Assembly: GCA_045637825.1 (NCBI GenBank)
Contig: JAZUAD010000024.1
Location: 62,202 to 126,201 of the forward strand
Direction of reading: 5' to 3'
DNA length: 64,000 nt
From: Candidatus Onthoplasma sp.
GTDB lineage: Bacteria; Bacillota; Clostridia; Christensenellales; UBA1242
Below the pieces are notes generated by a model, which saw only the letters and a list, made by a program, of their open reading frames with translations, was not told the origin of the DNA and made no database searches. The position numbers were made by a program, and so were the translations under genes. Of this stretch, positions 54,875 to 64,000 are shown in pieces (the stretch's first letter is position 1; every line of letters starts with the position of its first letter).

Positions 54875-54949
54875 TGGCAGGGGAGACGCGATTCGAACAC
54901 GCAACCTACGGTTTTGGAGACCGCTACTCTACCGTTGAGCCACTCCCCT
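54875..54949 (-). tRNA. tRNA-Trp (anticodon CCA), CCA encoded
   Basis: The minus strand reads AGGGGAGTGGCTCAACGGTAGAGTAGCGGTCTCCAAAACCGTAGGTTGCGTGTTCGAATCGCGTCTCCCCTGCCA. Anticodon loop CTCCAAA. Confidence 0.9.
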
Positions 54950-54965
54950 ATATGTTACAAAATAT

Positions 54966-54994
54966 ATTATATACTAAAAGGCATATATAGTCAA
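54966..54994 (-). promoter_or_regulatory. tRNA-Trp promoter (TTGACT-17-TATAAT on the minus strand)
   Basis: Reverse complement of 54989-54994 is TTGACT; reverse complement of 54966-54971 is TATAAT. Confidence 0.6.
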
Positions 54995-55058
54995 CTATTT
55001 TTTTAAAATATTTTATAATATTACAAAAAAATGCTAACAATTTAGTTAGCATTTTTGT

Positions 55059-55379
55059 TTAATCAAAATGTTCTTTACACCAAGATTTAGTGTTGCAATG
55101 TGGACATTTAAGTAGTCTTTTAGTTAGTGTATGCACTCCCCAGGTAATAGCACTTACCGAAGGTTTAAATACTTGATTACATTTAGGACATATAAATTTT
55201 ACATATCTATAATAAATACCAATCGTAAGCACTAATAATATAATCATCACACACGCCACAACAATCATGGGAATATATGTATCCCAAAATTTAACAGCAA
55301 TAGTACTTATTGTAAATAATATTATACTTATAAAAGTTGCTATCAGCATAAAAATATATAATTTTTTAAATTTACTCAT
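55059..55379 (-). CDS. small membrane protein with a C-terminal zinc-ribbon (CPKC...CPHC)
   Basis: 106 aa. Two TM segments, then CPKCNQ..(x22)..CPHCN. Confidence 0.5.
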   Translation of the reverse strand: MSKFKKLYIFMLIATFISIILFTISTIAVKFWDTYIPMIVVACVMIILLVLTIGIYYRYVKFICPKCNQVFKPSVSAITWGVHTLTKRLLKCPHCNTKSWCKEHFD

Positions 55380-55413
55380 AGTTCTCTCCTTTTATAATAC
55401 AAAGTACTTACAC

Positions 55414-57012
55414 CTATTTAGCTATATCACTAAAACGAGATTCACGGATAACATACACTTTAATTTGACCTGGATATTCAAGTTCTTTTTCAATCTTTTG
55501 AGCAATATCACGAGCCAAAACTTCTGCCTTAGCATCATCTACTTCATCAGGTTTAACCATTACACGAACTTCACGACCTGCTTGAATAGCATAAGCGTTT
55601 TCAATACCTTCGAAACTAGTTGCAATTGCTTCAAGGTTTTGTAAACGTTTGATATAGTTTTCTAAACTTTCACGTCTAGCACCAGGACGAGCACTACTAA
55701 TAGTATCTGCAGCTTGTACAAGCACTGCCTCGATTGTTTGAGGTTCAATATCATTATGGTGAGCGTGAATACAATGTATTACTGCTTCACTTTCCTTATA
55801 TTTTTTAGCAAGTTCTACACCAATAGATACGTGTGTTCCATCAACTTCGTGGTCTATTGCCTTACCAATATCATGTAGTAAACCGGCACGTTTAGCAACC
55901 TTTGCATTAGCGCCAATTTCAGTAGCAAGCATACTAGCAATATAAGCCACTTCTAATGAATGATTTAATACATTTTGACCGTAACTTGTACGATATTTTA
56001 ATCTACCAAGAGTTTTAACAAGTTCTGGGTGCAAGTTGTGTATGTCAGCATCAAAACACGCTTCCTCACCTGCTTGCTTAATAGTTTGTTCAACATCTTT
56101 ACGAACTTTATTTACCAACTCCTCAATACGTGCTGGGTGAATACGTCCGTCCATAATAAGTTTTTCAAGTGATATACGTGCAATTTCACGTCTTACTGGG
56201 TCAAATCCAGATAGAGTAATTGCCTCTGGCGTATCATCAACTATTAGGTCAATACCTGTTGCTGCTTCTAAAGCACGAATATTACGCCCTTCACGTCCAA
56301 TAATACGACCTTTCATTTCCTCACTAGGAAGAGTTACCACAGATACTGTTGCTTCAGCAGTTTGGTCTGCTGCACAACGTTGAATTGCAAGTGTAATAAT
56401 GTTACGAGCAATTTTATCTGCATCACTTTTTGCTTGTTCTTCAATTTCTTTTACCTTTTTAGAGGCGTCAATTTTTGCTTCTTGAGTATATCTAGCAATA
56501 ATTTCTTCTTTGGCTTGTTCCTTAGAGTAACCAGCCACTTCTTCCAATTTTGCTACCACTTGCATTTTGGCATCATCAAGTTCTTGCGCCTTTACAACTA
56601 ATTGTTGTTCACGCTCAACTAGTTTTTCCTTTTGAACATCAATTGCCTCTAACTTTCTATCAAGGTTTTCCTCTTTTTTATCAAGGTTTGCTTCACGCAA
56701 GGTTATACGTTCCTCGCTACGCTTTGCCTCTTCCCTACGTTCACGATTTTCCGCCTCAAAAGTTGATTTTAGCAAGTTGATTTCATCTGTTGTTTGCTTT
56801 AATTGTTGTTGTTTAATATTTTTTGCTTGTGCGTAAGCGTCCTCTAATATCTTATTTGCTTGTGCCTTACTATTTTCTACCTTTTTATTATATAAAACTT
56901 TGTTTAACACAAAACCTACACCAGCGCCCACTCCCAGAGCAACCACTATAGATATAACGATTGTTAATATTAAAGGAGCACCACTCATAAGCATAGTGTT
57001 ACTAATACTCAT
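55414..57012 (-). CDS. rny: ribonuclease Y
   Basis: 532 aa. N-terminal TM, coiled coil, KH ([15 protein letters not shown]), HD (LLHDIGKA). Confidence 0.95.
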   Translation of the reverse strand: MSISNTMLMSGAPLILTIVISIVVALGVGAGVGFVLNKVLYNKKVENSKAQANKILEDAYAQAKNIKQQQLKQTTDEINLLKSTFEAENRERREEAKRSEERITLREANLDKKEENLDRKLEAIDVQKEKLVEREQQLVVKAQELDDAKMQVVAKLEEVAGYSKEQAKEEIIARYTQEAKIDASKKVKEIEEQAKSDADKIARNIITLAIQRCAADQTAEATVSVVTLPSEEMKGRIIGREGRNIRALEAATGIDLIVDDTPEAITLSGFDPVRREIARISLEKLIMDGRIHPARIEELVNKVRKDVEQTIKQAGEEACFDADIHNLHPELVKTLGRLKYRTSYGQNVLNHSLEVAYIASMLATEIGANAKVAKRAGLLHDIGKAIDHEVDGTHVSIGVELAKKYKESEAVIHCIHAHHNDIEPQTIEAVLVQAADTISSARPGARRESLENYIKRLQNLEAIATSFEGIENAYAIQAGREVRVMVKPDEVDDAKAEVLARDIAQKIEKELEYPGQIKVYVIRESRFSDIAK

Positions 57013-57169
57013 AAATTTCTCCCTTTAAATGTATCCTTAGGATACCTTTAATTATTATAAACAAAAAAATCCCTGATGTCAAGTTCTCAAGGATTTTTAT
57101 TAAAATTTTTTATCACACAAAATATTGTGTATTAATTATTTAATATACACAATATCTTATATTTTAATA

Positions 57170-57685
57170 TTATATTTCAACATCCACATCATAATCTTCA
57201 TTAATTAAGATATAGTTTACATTATACTTTTGTGCTAGATTTAATATATTAGTATTATCTTTTATTACGTTTTCCATAGTACAATATTTATCATCTAAAC
57301 GTCTTTCAATAACGTTAGAATATCGTTTTATATCATCAAAATGATTTATAATATATTCTTTACTCATCACAAGACAATAGTATCTAATATTACCAAGATA
57401 TTGTTTATTAAAATATTTTGTCCAATCAAAAGGAATATAGCAACCTTCAACTATTAAATTTTGATTATTTTCAATCGCTGTTTTAATCATTTCACAAACA
57501 ACTGGCCATAAATATTCAGTTAATTCAAAATCTGAACTTAATGGCGTAAGTTTAGTATAACCACTGCGAATTAATCCCATTTTTAGATGGTCAATTGATA
57601 AATATGGATATTTATATTTTTCTAACAGTCTTTGTGCAAGAACAGTTTTTCCTGTATGAGATGCTCCACTAATTAAAATAATCAT
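57170..57685 (-). CDS. P-loop NTPase/kinase-like protein
   Basis: 171 aa. Walker A SGASHTGKT. Small kinase-like size. Specific function unknown. Confidence 0.5.
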   Translation of the reverse strand: MIILISGASHTGKTVLAQRLLEKYKYPYLSIDHLKMGLIRSGYTKLTPLSSDFELTEYLWPVVCEMIKTAIENNQNLIVEGCYIPFDWTKYFNKQYLGNIRYYCLVMSKEYIINHFDDIKRYSNVIERRLDDKYCTMENVIKDNTNILNLAQKYNVNYILINEDYDVDVEI

Positions 57686-57709
57686 TATTTTATCCTTACA
57701 AATTATATA

Positions 57710-58861
57710 TTAAAGTTCAATAACTATAATTTCATCTATTGCTTTTTGAATTAAGTCTGCTAAAGGAATATGAGTTTCTTCTATTTCGGCAATCTTAATT
57801 TTGGGCTTAATTACAGGATTTTGAGGTAAAAATACTGTACAACAATCTTCATATGGTAAAATAGAAGTTTCATAAGTATCTATTTCTTGTGCAACCTTAA
57901 TAATTTCATCTTTATTAAAACTAATCAAAGGGCGAAGAATAGGATAATTCCCTGCCATACTATTGGTTACAGTTATACTTTCAATAGTTTGAGAGGCAAC
58001 TTGACCTAAACTCTCCCCTGTTATAATAGTTTTATAGTTATATTTTTCACACAAGATTGTTGCAATTTTAACCATAGCACGACGAAGCAAAGTTATAGCA
58101 TATTCTTCCTTACAATGTAAGTGAAACTCCTCTTGTAATTTAGACATTGACACAATATACATAAATCTACAACCGATGTATGTTTTGATTTGCTTAGCAA
58201 GACTAATAACCTTTTCACGCGCTTGAGGGCTAGTGTATGGATAACTATCAAAGTGTAAAATATCCTGACGTAATCCACGTTTTGCCATTTGAAATCCTGC
58301 TACAGGGCTATCAATTCCGCCTGATAGCAATAATAAACCATCACGATATTCCCCTAAAGGCATACCACCATAGGTATATATTATTTTATCAAATATATAC
58401 GTCTTACCATTTTCTCTAATATCTATATGAACCACTGTTTCAGGTCTTTTTACATCTACATAGGCATTTGAATTATGTGCTAATATTATTCCTCCCATAT
58501 CTGAAGCAAGGTCGTTTGATTTAATAGGGAAAGTTTTGTCTGCACGATTACAATCTACTTTAAAACTCCCACTAACTTCAAGTTTAGCACAAAAAGAGGT
58601 AATATCTTCAATAGTTGAAGGAATAACACTTGCTACACTTACCGAATATACTCCAAAAACCTTTTTAATTTCAGCAATAATAGCATCTTCATCATCTAGG
58701 TTATAATTGCTAACCACTACCCTATTTTGAATAGGTGTAACTATTTTGTTAAAGTCCTTTAAGGCAGTTTTTATATTTGTATATAATAGTTTTAAAAAGT
58801 AACCTTTGTTTTTACCTTTTAAATGAATTTCCGAAAATCTAATTAAAATTACTTGTTCCAT
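57710..58861 (-). CDS. thiI: tRNA 4-thiouridine(8) synthase ThiI
   Basis: ATG 58861 (MEQVILIRFSEIHLKGKN). THUMP region and PP-loop SGGIDSPVA. Confidence 0.9.
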   Translation of the reverse strand: MEQVILIRFSEIHLKGKNKGYFLKLLYTNIKTALKDFNKIVTPIQNRVVVSNYNLDDEDAIIAEIKKVFGVYSVSVASVIPSTIEDITSFCAKLEVSGSFKVDCNRADKTFPIKSNDLASDMGGIILAHNSNAYVDVKRPETVVHIDIRENGKTYIFDKIIYTYGGMPLGEYRDGLLLLSGGIDSPVAGFQMAKRGLRQDILHFDSYPYTSPQAREKVISLAKQIKTYIGCRFMYIVSMSKLQEEFHLHCKEEYAITLLRRAMVKIATILCEKYNYKTIITGESLGQVASQTIESITVTNSMAGNYPILRPLISFNKDEIIKVAQEIDTYETSILPYEDCCTVFLPQNPVIKPKIKIAEIEETHIPLADLIQKAIDEIIVIEL

Positions 58862-58865
58862 AGTT

Positions 58866-59990
58866 TTATCCTTTTTGAGTTTTGCTATAATATAGTTCAA
58901 CGTTTTTATTTATAGCTTTTGCTAAATCTATAATATCTTGAGAAGTACACTCCGCATCAAAACTAATACGGATAGCGCCTAAAATATAGTCTTGATTTAC
59001 GCCTATTTCAGTCAAAACACGATTAGCAGTATTCTTACTATTACAAGCAGAACCTGTGCCTATTAAAAAGCCATCGTCTTCTAGCATATGCACTAAAGTT
59101 TCACCTCTAACGTTTTTAAAACACATAGATATAATATTAGGTACACATTTATCAGTTGAAATCAATTTGTATGGCACAGTAATATTATCTAAAAGTAGTT
59201 GTTTTAAATCTTTAATTGTATCATATTCTGGTGTTGGAAGGTTTATTGCCTTGCTAAACGCCATAACTGCAGGATAGTTTTCAGTACCACCACGTAAACT
59301 CATTTCTTGTCCTCCTCCGTAGATGAATGGTGTGAATTTGTTAGGATTAGCAATATATAAACCTGCAATACCTTTAACACCATTTATCTTATGTGATGAA
59401 ATTGTATAAAAATCTACCCCTAAATTTACCATATTAACTTTAATCTTGTGTAGTGCTTGCACACCATCACTATGGATTAAAATGTTTGGATTAATTTGCT
59501 TACAACGTTTGGCAATATATTTAATATCATTAATAGCACCAGTTTCATTACTAACGTGAATTAAGGAAATAAAATCGGTTTTATTATCAATCATACTAAA
59601 TAGTACTTCTTGATTAACGCTGCCATCTTCATTTAATGGCGCAAAATCAATATTATATCCCTCATTAATCAACGCTTTGGCGGTGTTATAAGTAGAAGAA
59701 TGTTCCCCTGCTGAAATAATATATTTTTTGTCCTTACGCTTGATGCAATTACGTAATACTGCATTGTTACTTTCAGTAGCACAAGAAGTAAAAATAAAAG
59801 TTGACTTATTTGCCCCACCTAAATAACGCAATATATTTTCACGTGCCATTTCAATCTTATTTTTTACCATCAAACTAGGAGTATATAAACTAGAGGGATT
59901 AATAAACTCATTACACGCTTCATTATATGCTTGTAATACTTCACTATTTACTTTGCTTGTTGCTGCATTATCAAAATATCTATAATTCAT
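58866..59990 (-). CDS. cysteine desulfurase (NifS/IscS family)
   Basis: ATG 59990 (MNYRYFDNAAT). PLP-Lys motif SSHKINGVKG. Active-site Cys in GSACNS. Confidence 0.9.
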   Translation of the reverse strand: MNYRYFDNAATSKVNSEVLQAYNEACNEFINPSSLYTPSLMVKNKIEMARENILRYLGGANKSTFIFTSCATESNNAVLRNCIKRKDKKYIISAGEHSSTYNTAKALINEGYNIDFAPLNEDGSVNQEVLFSMIDNKTDFISLIHVSNETGAINDIKYIAKRCKQINPNILIHSDGVQALHKIKVNMVNLGVDFYTISSHKINGVKGIAGLYIANPNKFTPFIYGGGQEMSLRGGTENYPAVMAFSKAINLPTPEYDTIKDLKQLLLDNITVPYKLISTDKCVPNIISMCFKNVRGETLVHMLEDDGFLIGTGSACNSKNTANRVLTEIGVNQDYILGAIRISFDAECTSQDIIDLAKAINKNVELYYSKTQKG

Positions 59991-60061
59991 AACCATTATT
60001 ATAGCAAACAACTAAACATTTTTCAATCATTTATATGAAATTAATTAAAATTATATGCTAT

Positions 60062-60724
60062 TTAAGCATTAGGAACTAAATTTAACACCTTATCACTCAT
60101 ACCATTGTTAAAATAAACATTAGGAACTTTGCCAACTATTACACTTTCGCAAAGCAATACTTGTTGTCTTACATCAATGGTTTGTTTTTTGATAGGTAAA
60201 TTCATCTCTACCCTTGCATTTATAGTTAAATATATCTTATGCAAAGTGTTGTTAATCCCTACGCTTATAAAGTTGGAATCAAAACTACTACCTATAATAG
60301 CAACAGGGCTAGCACTTAATTTTACACGCACACCTCTACCACTAAACAATACAATTCCAGTAAGTGTTCCTAAAGGTATTTGCATATAGTCTTCATCTAT
60401 CATTTTAATACGTTCGTTAGCATCTTTTATAATCTCACGTGAAATAGAGTTTATCATATACTGATTAGCAGTTATATAATTAATTTCTCCATTTTGATTG
60501 TAGTTAATACTCATAATATTGTCATAATTAATGGTTGTATTAATCACATTGCTTACAGCAACGTTAAGGGCTTGTTCGGTTAAACTATTAATCTTGGCGG
60601 TGCAATAAGTTTTAATAATAGGCACAAGAACAAGCACATAATACCAAATTACAATACAAAAAAACACCACTAAAACAAATAATGGTTTAATTAAACGTCT
60701 GCGTGATGTTTTTCTCATATTCAA
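60062..60724 (-). CDS. yunB: sporulation protein YunB-like
   Basis: 220 aa. N-terminal TM followed by a soluble domain. Size, topology and sporulation neighbourhood fit YunB. Assigned by resemblance only. Confidence 0.5.
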   Translation of the reverse strand: MNMRKTSRRRLIKPLFVLVVFFCIVIWYYVLVLVPIIKTYCTAKINSLTEQALNVAVSNVINTTINYDNIMSINYNQNGEINYITANQYMINSISREIIKDANERIKMIDEDYMQIPLGTLTGIVLFSGRGVRVKLSASPVAIIGSSFDSNFISVGINNTLHKIYLTINARVEMNLPIKKQTIDVRQQVLLCESVIVGKVPNVYFNNGMSDKVLNLVPNA

Positions 60725-60757
60725 TTATATGATATATATATGTTAAATATGTTGCTA

Positions 60758-61135
60758 TTATTTTAAATGCTTAGTTCGGCTATTAAATATAAGAGCAATA
60801 ATAAATGCACTAAATATTGCCACAGCAATTCCTCCAGCGGTGGCGGTTAACCCGCCTTGAAAAGCACCTAAAAAGCCATATTCCTTAACTGCTTCTATAG
60901 CACCTTGTGCAAGGGTTGCTCCAAAGCCAATAATAGGTACAGTTGCTCCTGCCTTTGCAAAGTCCTTAAAGTAAGGATAAACGCCTATTGTTTGCAATAC
61001 TATGCCTAGACTTAAAAATAGGACTAGTATTCGTGAAGTGGTAATACTGGTTCGTACCACCAATATTTGCGCCAAAGCACAAATACCCCCACCTACTAAA
61101 AAAGTTATAACATAATCCATAACATTAATTTCCAT
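60758..61135 (-). CDS. spoVAE: stage V sporulation protein AE (SpoVAEb-type)
   Basis: 125 aa, 4 TM. TAATG overlap with the spoVAD stop. GGAGGT RBS. Confidence 0.8.
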   Translation of the reverse strand: MEINVMDYVITFLVGGGICALAQILVVRTSITTSRILVLFLSLGIVLQTIGVYPYFKDFAKAGATVPIIGFGATLAQGAIEAVKEYGFLGAFQGGLTATAGGIAVAIFSAFIIALIFNSRTKHLK

Positions 61136-62142
61136 TAATTACCTCCTTCGATACAAACGGCGTGTGCAATCCCAGGAATGCTATCTCCTTGTTGACTAGT
61201 TGTAGTGCTAAGTAATGCACCTGTTGAAACCAAAAGTACCTTTTTAAATTCTCCTGAGCGTAGTTTATGCATAATGTACGAATTAAGCACAGTGGCACTA
61301 CAACCACTGCCACTTCCACCCATAAAAACTTTTTCCTGCTTGTTATAAATAAGATTACCACAATCGCTATAATTTTGACCTAGTTTTATTCCTTTACGTT
61401 CAAGCAAATCTACTAATATTTCACTACCTAATTTACCTAAATCACCTGTTGCTATCATATCATAGTCTTCAACTTTGGTGTTAGTTCCTTGTAAATGAGT
61501 CATAATAGTATCCATAGCAGCGGGCGCCATACACGCTCCCATATTATTTACGTCTTTAATTCCAAAATCTACTACTTTGCCAAAGGTTGCACTAGTAATT
61601 ATTGGTCCATTGCCTTTATTAGATACAATAGTAGCACCACCACCTGTTACGGTCCATTGAGAAGTTGGTGGTCGTTGATTACCCAGTTCTAGCGGAAAAC
61701 GATATTGTCGTTCTGCACTAGAAAAATGACTAGCAGTAGCACAACATACCGTTTGAAATACCTGTCTATCTATTAAAGTAGCACCCAAAGCCAAACTTTC
61801 GGCCATTGTAGCACACGCACTGTATAAACCTATAAAAGTAATTCCAAACTTACGTGCAGCAAAGGAAGAACTAACTATTTGGTTTAATAAGTCCCCTCCA
61901 AGCAATACATCTATATCGTTAAGTTTTAATTTTGCATTATCGATAGCTCCAAAAATAATGTGCTCTAATAATTTACGTTCTGCTTTTTCAAAGGTATCCT
62001 CATTTAATTTATCATCTATTAATTTATAACTTAAATAATCACTCAAAGGACCTTTGCTTTCTAGCGGTCCACCTATGCTAAAACTACCTATTATCTTTGG
62101 TTTGTTATTAAATTTAACCGTTTGTTTATTTGTACTAATCAT
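61135..62142 (-). CDS. spoVAD: stage V sporulation protein AD
   Basis: ATG 62142 (MISTNKQTV). 335 aa thiolase-like soluble protein between spoVAC and spoVAE. Confidence 0.85.
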   Translation of the reverse strand: MISTNKQTVKFNNKPKIIGSFSIGGPLESKGPLSDYLSYKLIDDKLNEDTFEKAERKLLEHIIFGAIDNAKLKLNDIDVLLGGDLLNQIVSSSFAARKFGITFIGLYSACATMAESLALGATLIDRQVFQTVCCATASHFSSAERQYRFPLELGNQRPPTSQWTVTGGGATIVSNKGNGPIITSATFGKVVDFGIKDVNNMGACMAPAAMDTIMTHLQGTNTKVEDYDMIATGDLGKLGSEILVDLLERKGIKLGQNYSDCGNLIYNKQEKVFMGGSGSGCSATVLNSYIMHKLRSGEFKKVLLVSTGALLSTTTSQQGDSIPGIAHAVCIEGGN

Positions 62143-62159
62143 AATATTTCCTTTTAATG

Positions 62160-62606
62160 CTAAATAATTAAATATATTAATCCAGCCAGCACGCTTCCTA
62201 CTACTCCACATACAATCACCGGGCCTGCAATGCTAAACATTTTAACGCATACACCAAAAATTATTCCTTCCTTTTTAAATTCCATTGAAGGACTAACTAT
62301 AGCATTTGCAAAACCTGTAATAGGTATCACTGTTCCTGCCCCGCCAAAAGCACCTAACCAATCAAATACGCCAAAGCCAGTAAGCAATGCGGTTATAGCA
62401 ATAATAGTGCTTAGCATAGCAGTACCTAATTGCGCCTCACTTAAACTAGGAAACCAATAAGCATATAAATCTAAACATAATTGTCCAAAACAACAAATTA
62501 GCCCTCCTACTAAAAACGCCTTTGCCATTGAAGGTAACATTTTGGTTTTAGGTAACTTTGCTTGTACATACATATTATAATTTTTATTACGTTTTTCACT
62601 GTCCAT
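62160..62606 (-). CDS. spoVAC: stage V sporulation protein AC
   Basis: 148 aa, 4 TM. Paralogous to SpoVAE (PITGFANA motif). Confidence 0.85.
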   Translation of the reverse strand: MDSEKRNKNYNMYVQAKLPKTKMLPSMAKAFLVGGLICCFGQLCLDLYAYWFPSLSEAQLGTAMLSTIIAITALLTGFGVFDWLGAFGGAGTVIPITGFANAIVSPSMEFKKEGIIFGVCVKMFSIAGPVIVCGVVGSVLAGLIYLII

Positions 62607-62739
62607 AAAAGCTTCTCCTTATCTTGTAATAAAATCTTGCCCTAAATTTATAATTTAAACCTTAAATCTTCAAATTTGTATTTATAAGGATAAATATTAT
62701 AAAATTTTTTGCACATACTAGCGATAACGGAGGTCTTAA

Positions 62740-64000
62740 ATGAATAAATATCTTAAAATATTAACATTGTCTGGAGGTTTAATTGGCGCTATAGCGCCTA
62801 CTGCTATTAATCTTGATAGCAACACACCTTCGGGACTAAAAGCAATGTATGAAAGTGTTGAAAAACTACAAAATACTCTTCCTCGTTTATCTAAAATCAA
62901 CTATAAACTAGATATTAACGCTGAAAATAACACTGATAATGTATCGTTTATTTCTACCGATACCGAGGGAAATGAAACCAAACTATCTAAACAAGAAACT
63001 ATTAATTATTTAAACGAAACTTTAGAACAAACTTCTATTGAATATGAACAATTAAAAGACACTTTAACTAAAGCAATACAAGATACTATGGAATATCTAG
63101 AATCTTATAAAAACGGAAATATAACCTTAACTAATGAACAAAAAATATATATTAAAGAACATAGTAATTCAATTAAATATCTAGCTGAAACTTTGGAAGA
63201 TTTAAGTGAAGATATTATTTGCGCTATTGATGGTTGCGAAGATGAAGTTGAGGATTTTGATACTACGACACGCTCTTATATGCAAGCTATTAATAATATT
63301 GAAGCTAGAATTCAGGCACTACACGAAGCAATCAGTTCATTACAATTTATTAATAGTAGTCCTTTCTTTTTTAGACAACACATTAACCCTAATCATATAG
63401 TATATGGTTTTCATTATAATAGCGAATTAGATAATGATAATTCGGAACAATCTAATCTAGATTCTGTTGAAGAAGATAAAGAAAATTTAGATAATAAAGA
63501 TGATATTGATACTATTTTGGAAGTGGAAAATAAAGATAATGATGACACTTTAATTAGTGAAAACAGTGTAAACGAAGATTTAGAAGGAAATAATACTGAA
63601 AATAATGAAGTTGATGATAATGTTAGTGAAGTAACTGATGATACAAATAATAAAGAGAACTCTAACTTAGTTACTGACAACAATGAGGACAAACCAACAA
63701 CTTTTGGTTTAAAGTCAAATATAGATACTTACGCCCCTACTAAGCGTAATATTGATACCTTCTTTAATACAGCCCTACAAAACAATCAATATGGTTATGG
63801 CGGTTATGGCTATGGTATGCCTTACGGATATGGTGGTTACGGTTATGGAATGCCCTATGGTGGCGGATACTATAATACTCCTTATCAAAACTTAAATTCA
63901 AATCTAATTAATCGTAAAGTATTAGAAGTTCAAAATGAGCCCTACTCTAGCTCTGAAGTGGAAAAAAATGAAGTAAACGATAATAACAATAACGATATAG
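62740..64000 (+). CDS. secreted or anchored protein with an acidic D/E/N-rich region and a Gly/Tyr-rich repeat; 3' end beyond the window (absent from the supplied ORF track)
   Basis: ATG 62740 lies 6 nt after GGAGG (62729-62733). I translated 420 codons with no stop to nt 64000. N-terminal signal-like MNKYLKILTLSGGLIGAIAP. Repeat YGYGGYGYGMPYGYGGYGYGMPYGGGYY. Confidence 0.65.
   Translation, partial: MNKYLKILTLSGGLIGAIAPTAINLDSNTPSGLKAMYESVEKLQNTLPRLSKINYKLDINAENNTDNVSFISTDTEGNETKLSKQETINYLNETLEQTSIEYEQLKDTLTKAIQDTMEYLESYKNGNITLTNEQKIYIKEHSNSIKYLAETLEDLSEDIICAIDGCEDEVEDFDTTTRSYMQAINNIEARIQALHEAISSLQFINSSPFFFRQHINPNHIVYGFHYNSELDNDNSEQSNLDSVEEDKENLDNKDDIDTILEVENKDNDDTLISENSVNEDLEGNNTENNEVDDNVSEVTDDTNNKENSNLVTDNNEDKPTTFGLKSNIDTYAPTKRNIDTFFNTALQNNQYGYGGYGYGMPYGYGGYGYGMPYGGGYYNTPYQNLNSNLINRKVLEVQNEPYSSSEVEKNEVNDNNNNDI

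Noticed and set aside
50607-54884. tRNA-Trp 3'-end duplicate as attL/attR of an integrated element (recombinase, LexA-like, rnhA, serS in between)
   Set aside because: The exact repeat is only 11 nt, followed by a gapped weak match. The enclosed segment carries serS, which is presumably essential, and the recombinase is not adjacent to the tRNA. I kept it only as a note inside the gap finding.
57105-57144. Triple ACACAA/TTGTGT inverted repeats after the P-loop gene as a regulatory switch
   Set aside because: This is a short AT-rich 3'-UTR palindrome set next to a normal terminator (57062-57094) that also embeds the rny promoter TTGACA. There is no evidence beyond the pairing potential.
63206-63692. 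Track ORFs 63206..63400 (+) and 63414..63692 (-)
   Set aside because: Both overlap the much longer open frame 62740..64000, which has a strong RBS and a coherent protein sequence.

Overview
Visibly AT-rich (about 30% GC by eye, not computed) chromosomal segment of an endospore-forming low-GC Firmicute, Clostridia-like. Most of it is conserved housekeeping in near-canonical Bacillus/Clostridium order. The plus-strand blocks are rbgA-rnhB-yraN, rplS, frr-cdsA-rseP-[PolC-like exonuclease]-rimP-nusA-ylxR-ylxQ-infB-rbfA-truB, efp, spoIIIAA-AH-asp23-nusB-xseA-xseB-proS, comEC-holA with divergent rpsT, murI, a minus-strand class A PBP, and miaB-mutS-mutL-miaA-ynbB. After about 45.4 kb the genes are mostly on the minus strand: ABC transporter, PadR-like, serS, rnhA, tRNA-Trp, rny, thiI, cysteine desulfurase, yunB, spoVAC-AD-AE. 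I found no rRNA, CRISPR array, transposase, reverse transcriptase or recognisable defence system, and only one tyrosine recombinase. I cannot name a complete new system with confidence. The best candidates:
- The accessory patch at 27.7-31.3 kb between proS and comEC. It holds a stand-alone tRNA-Glu(CUC), a 39/40-nt inverted repeat pair (each copy followed by its own terminator) bracketing a divergent S8-like peptidase gene, and a 175-bp long-palindrome element.
- A compact four-way-junction element exactly where dxr normally sits.
- A PolC-derived N-terminal/OB/exonuclease protein lacking PHP and polymerase domains at the syntenic polC position.
- A LexA-like repressor that has lost the cleavage site and the Ser/Lys dyad.
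- A recurrent 13-17 nt motif (ATTTTGCGAATAGATGC).
- Four promoters whose -10 box sits 6-9 nt from the ATG with no SD (apparently leaderless mRNAs).
- A long ORF (62740 to the window end) that the ORF track omits because it has no stop in the window.

All functions are inferred by eye from motifs and synteny; no database search was run.
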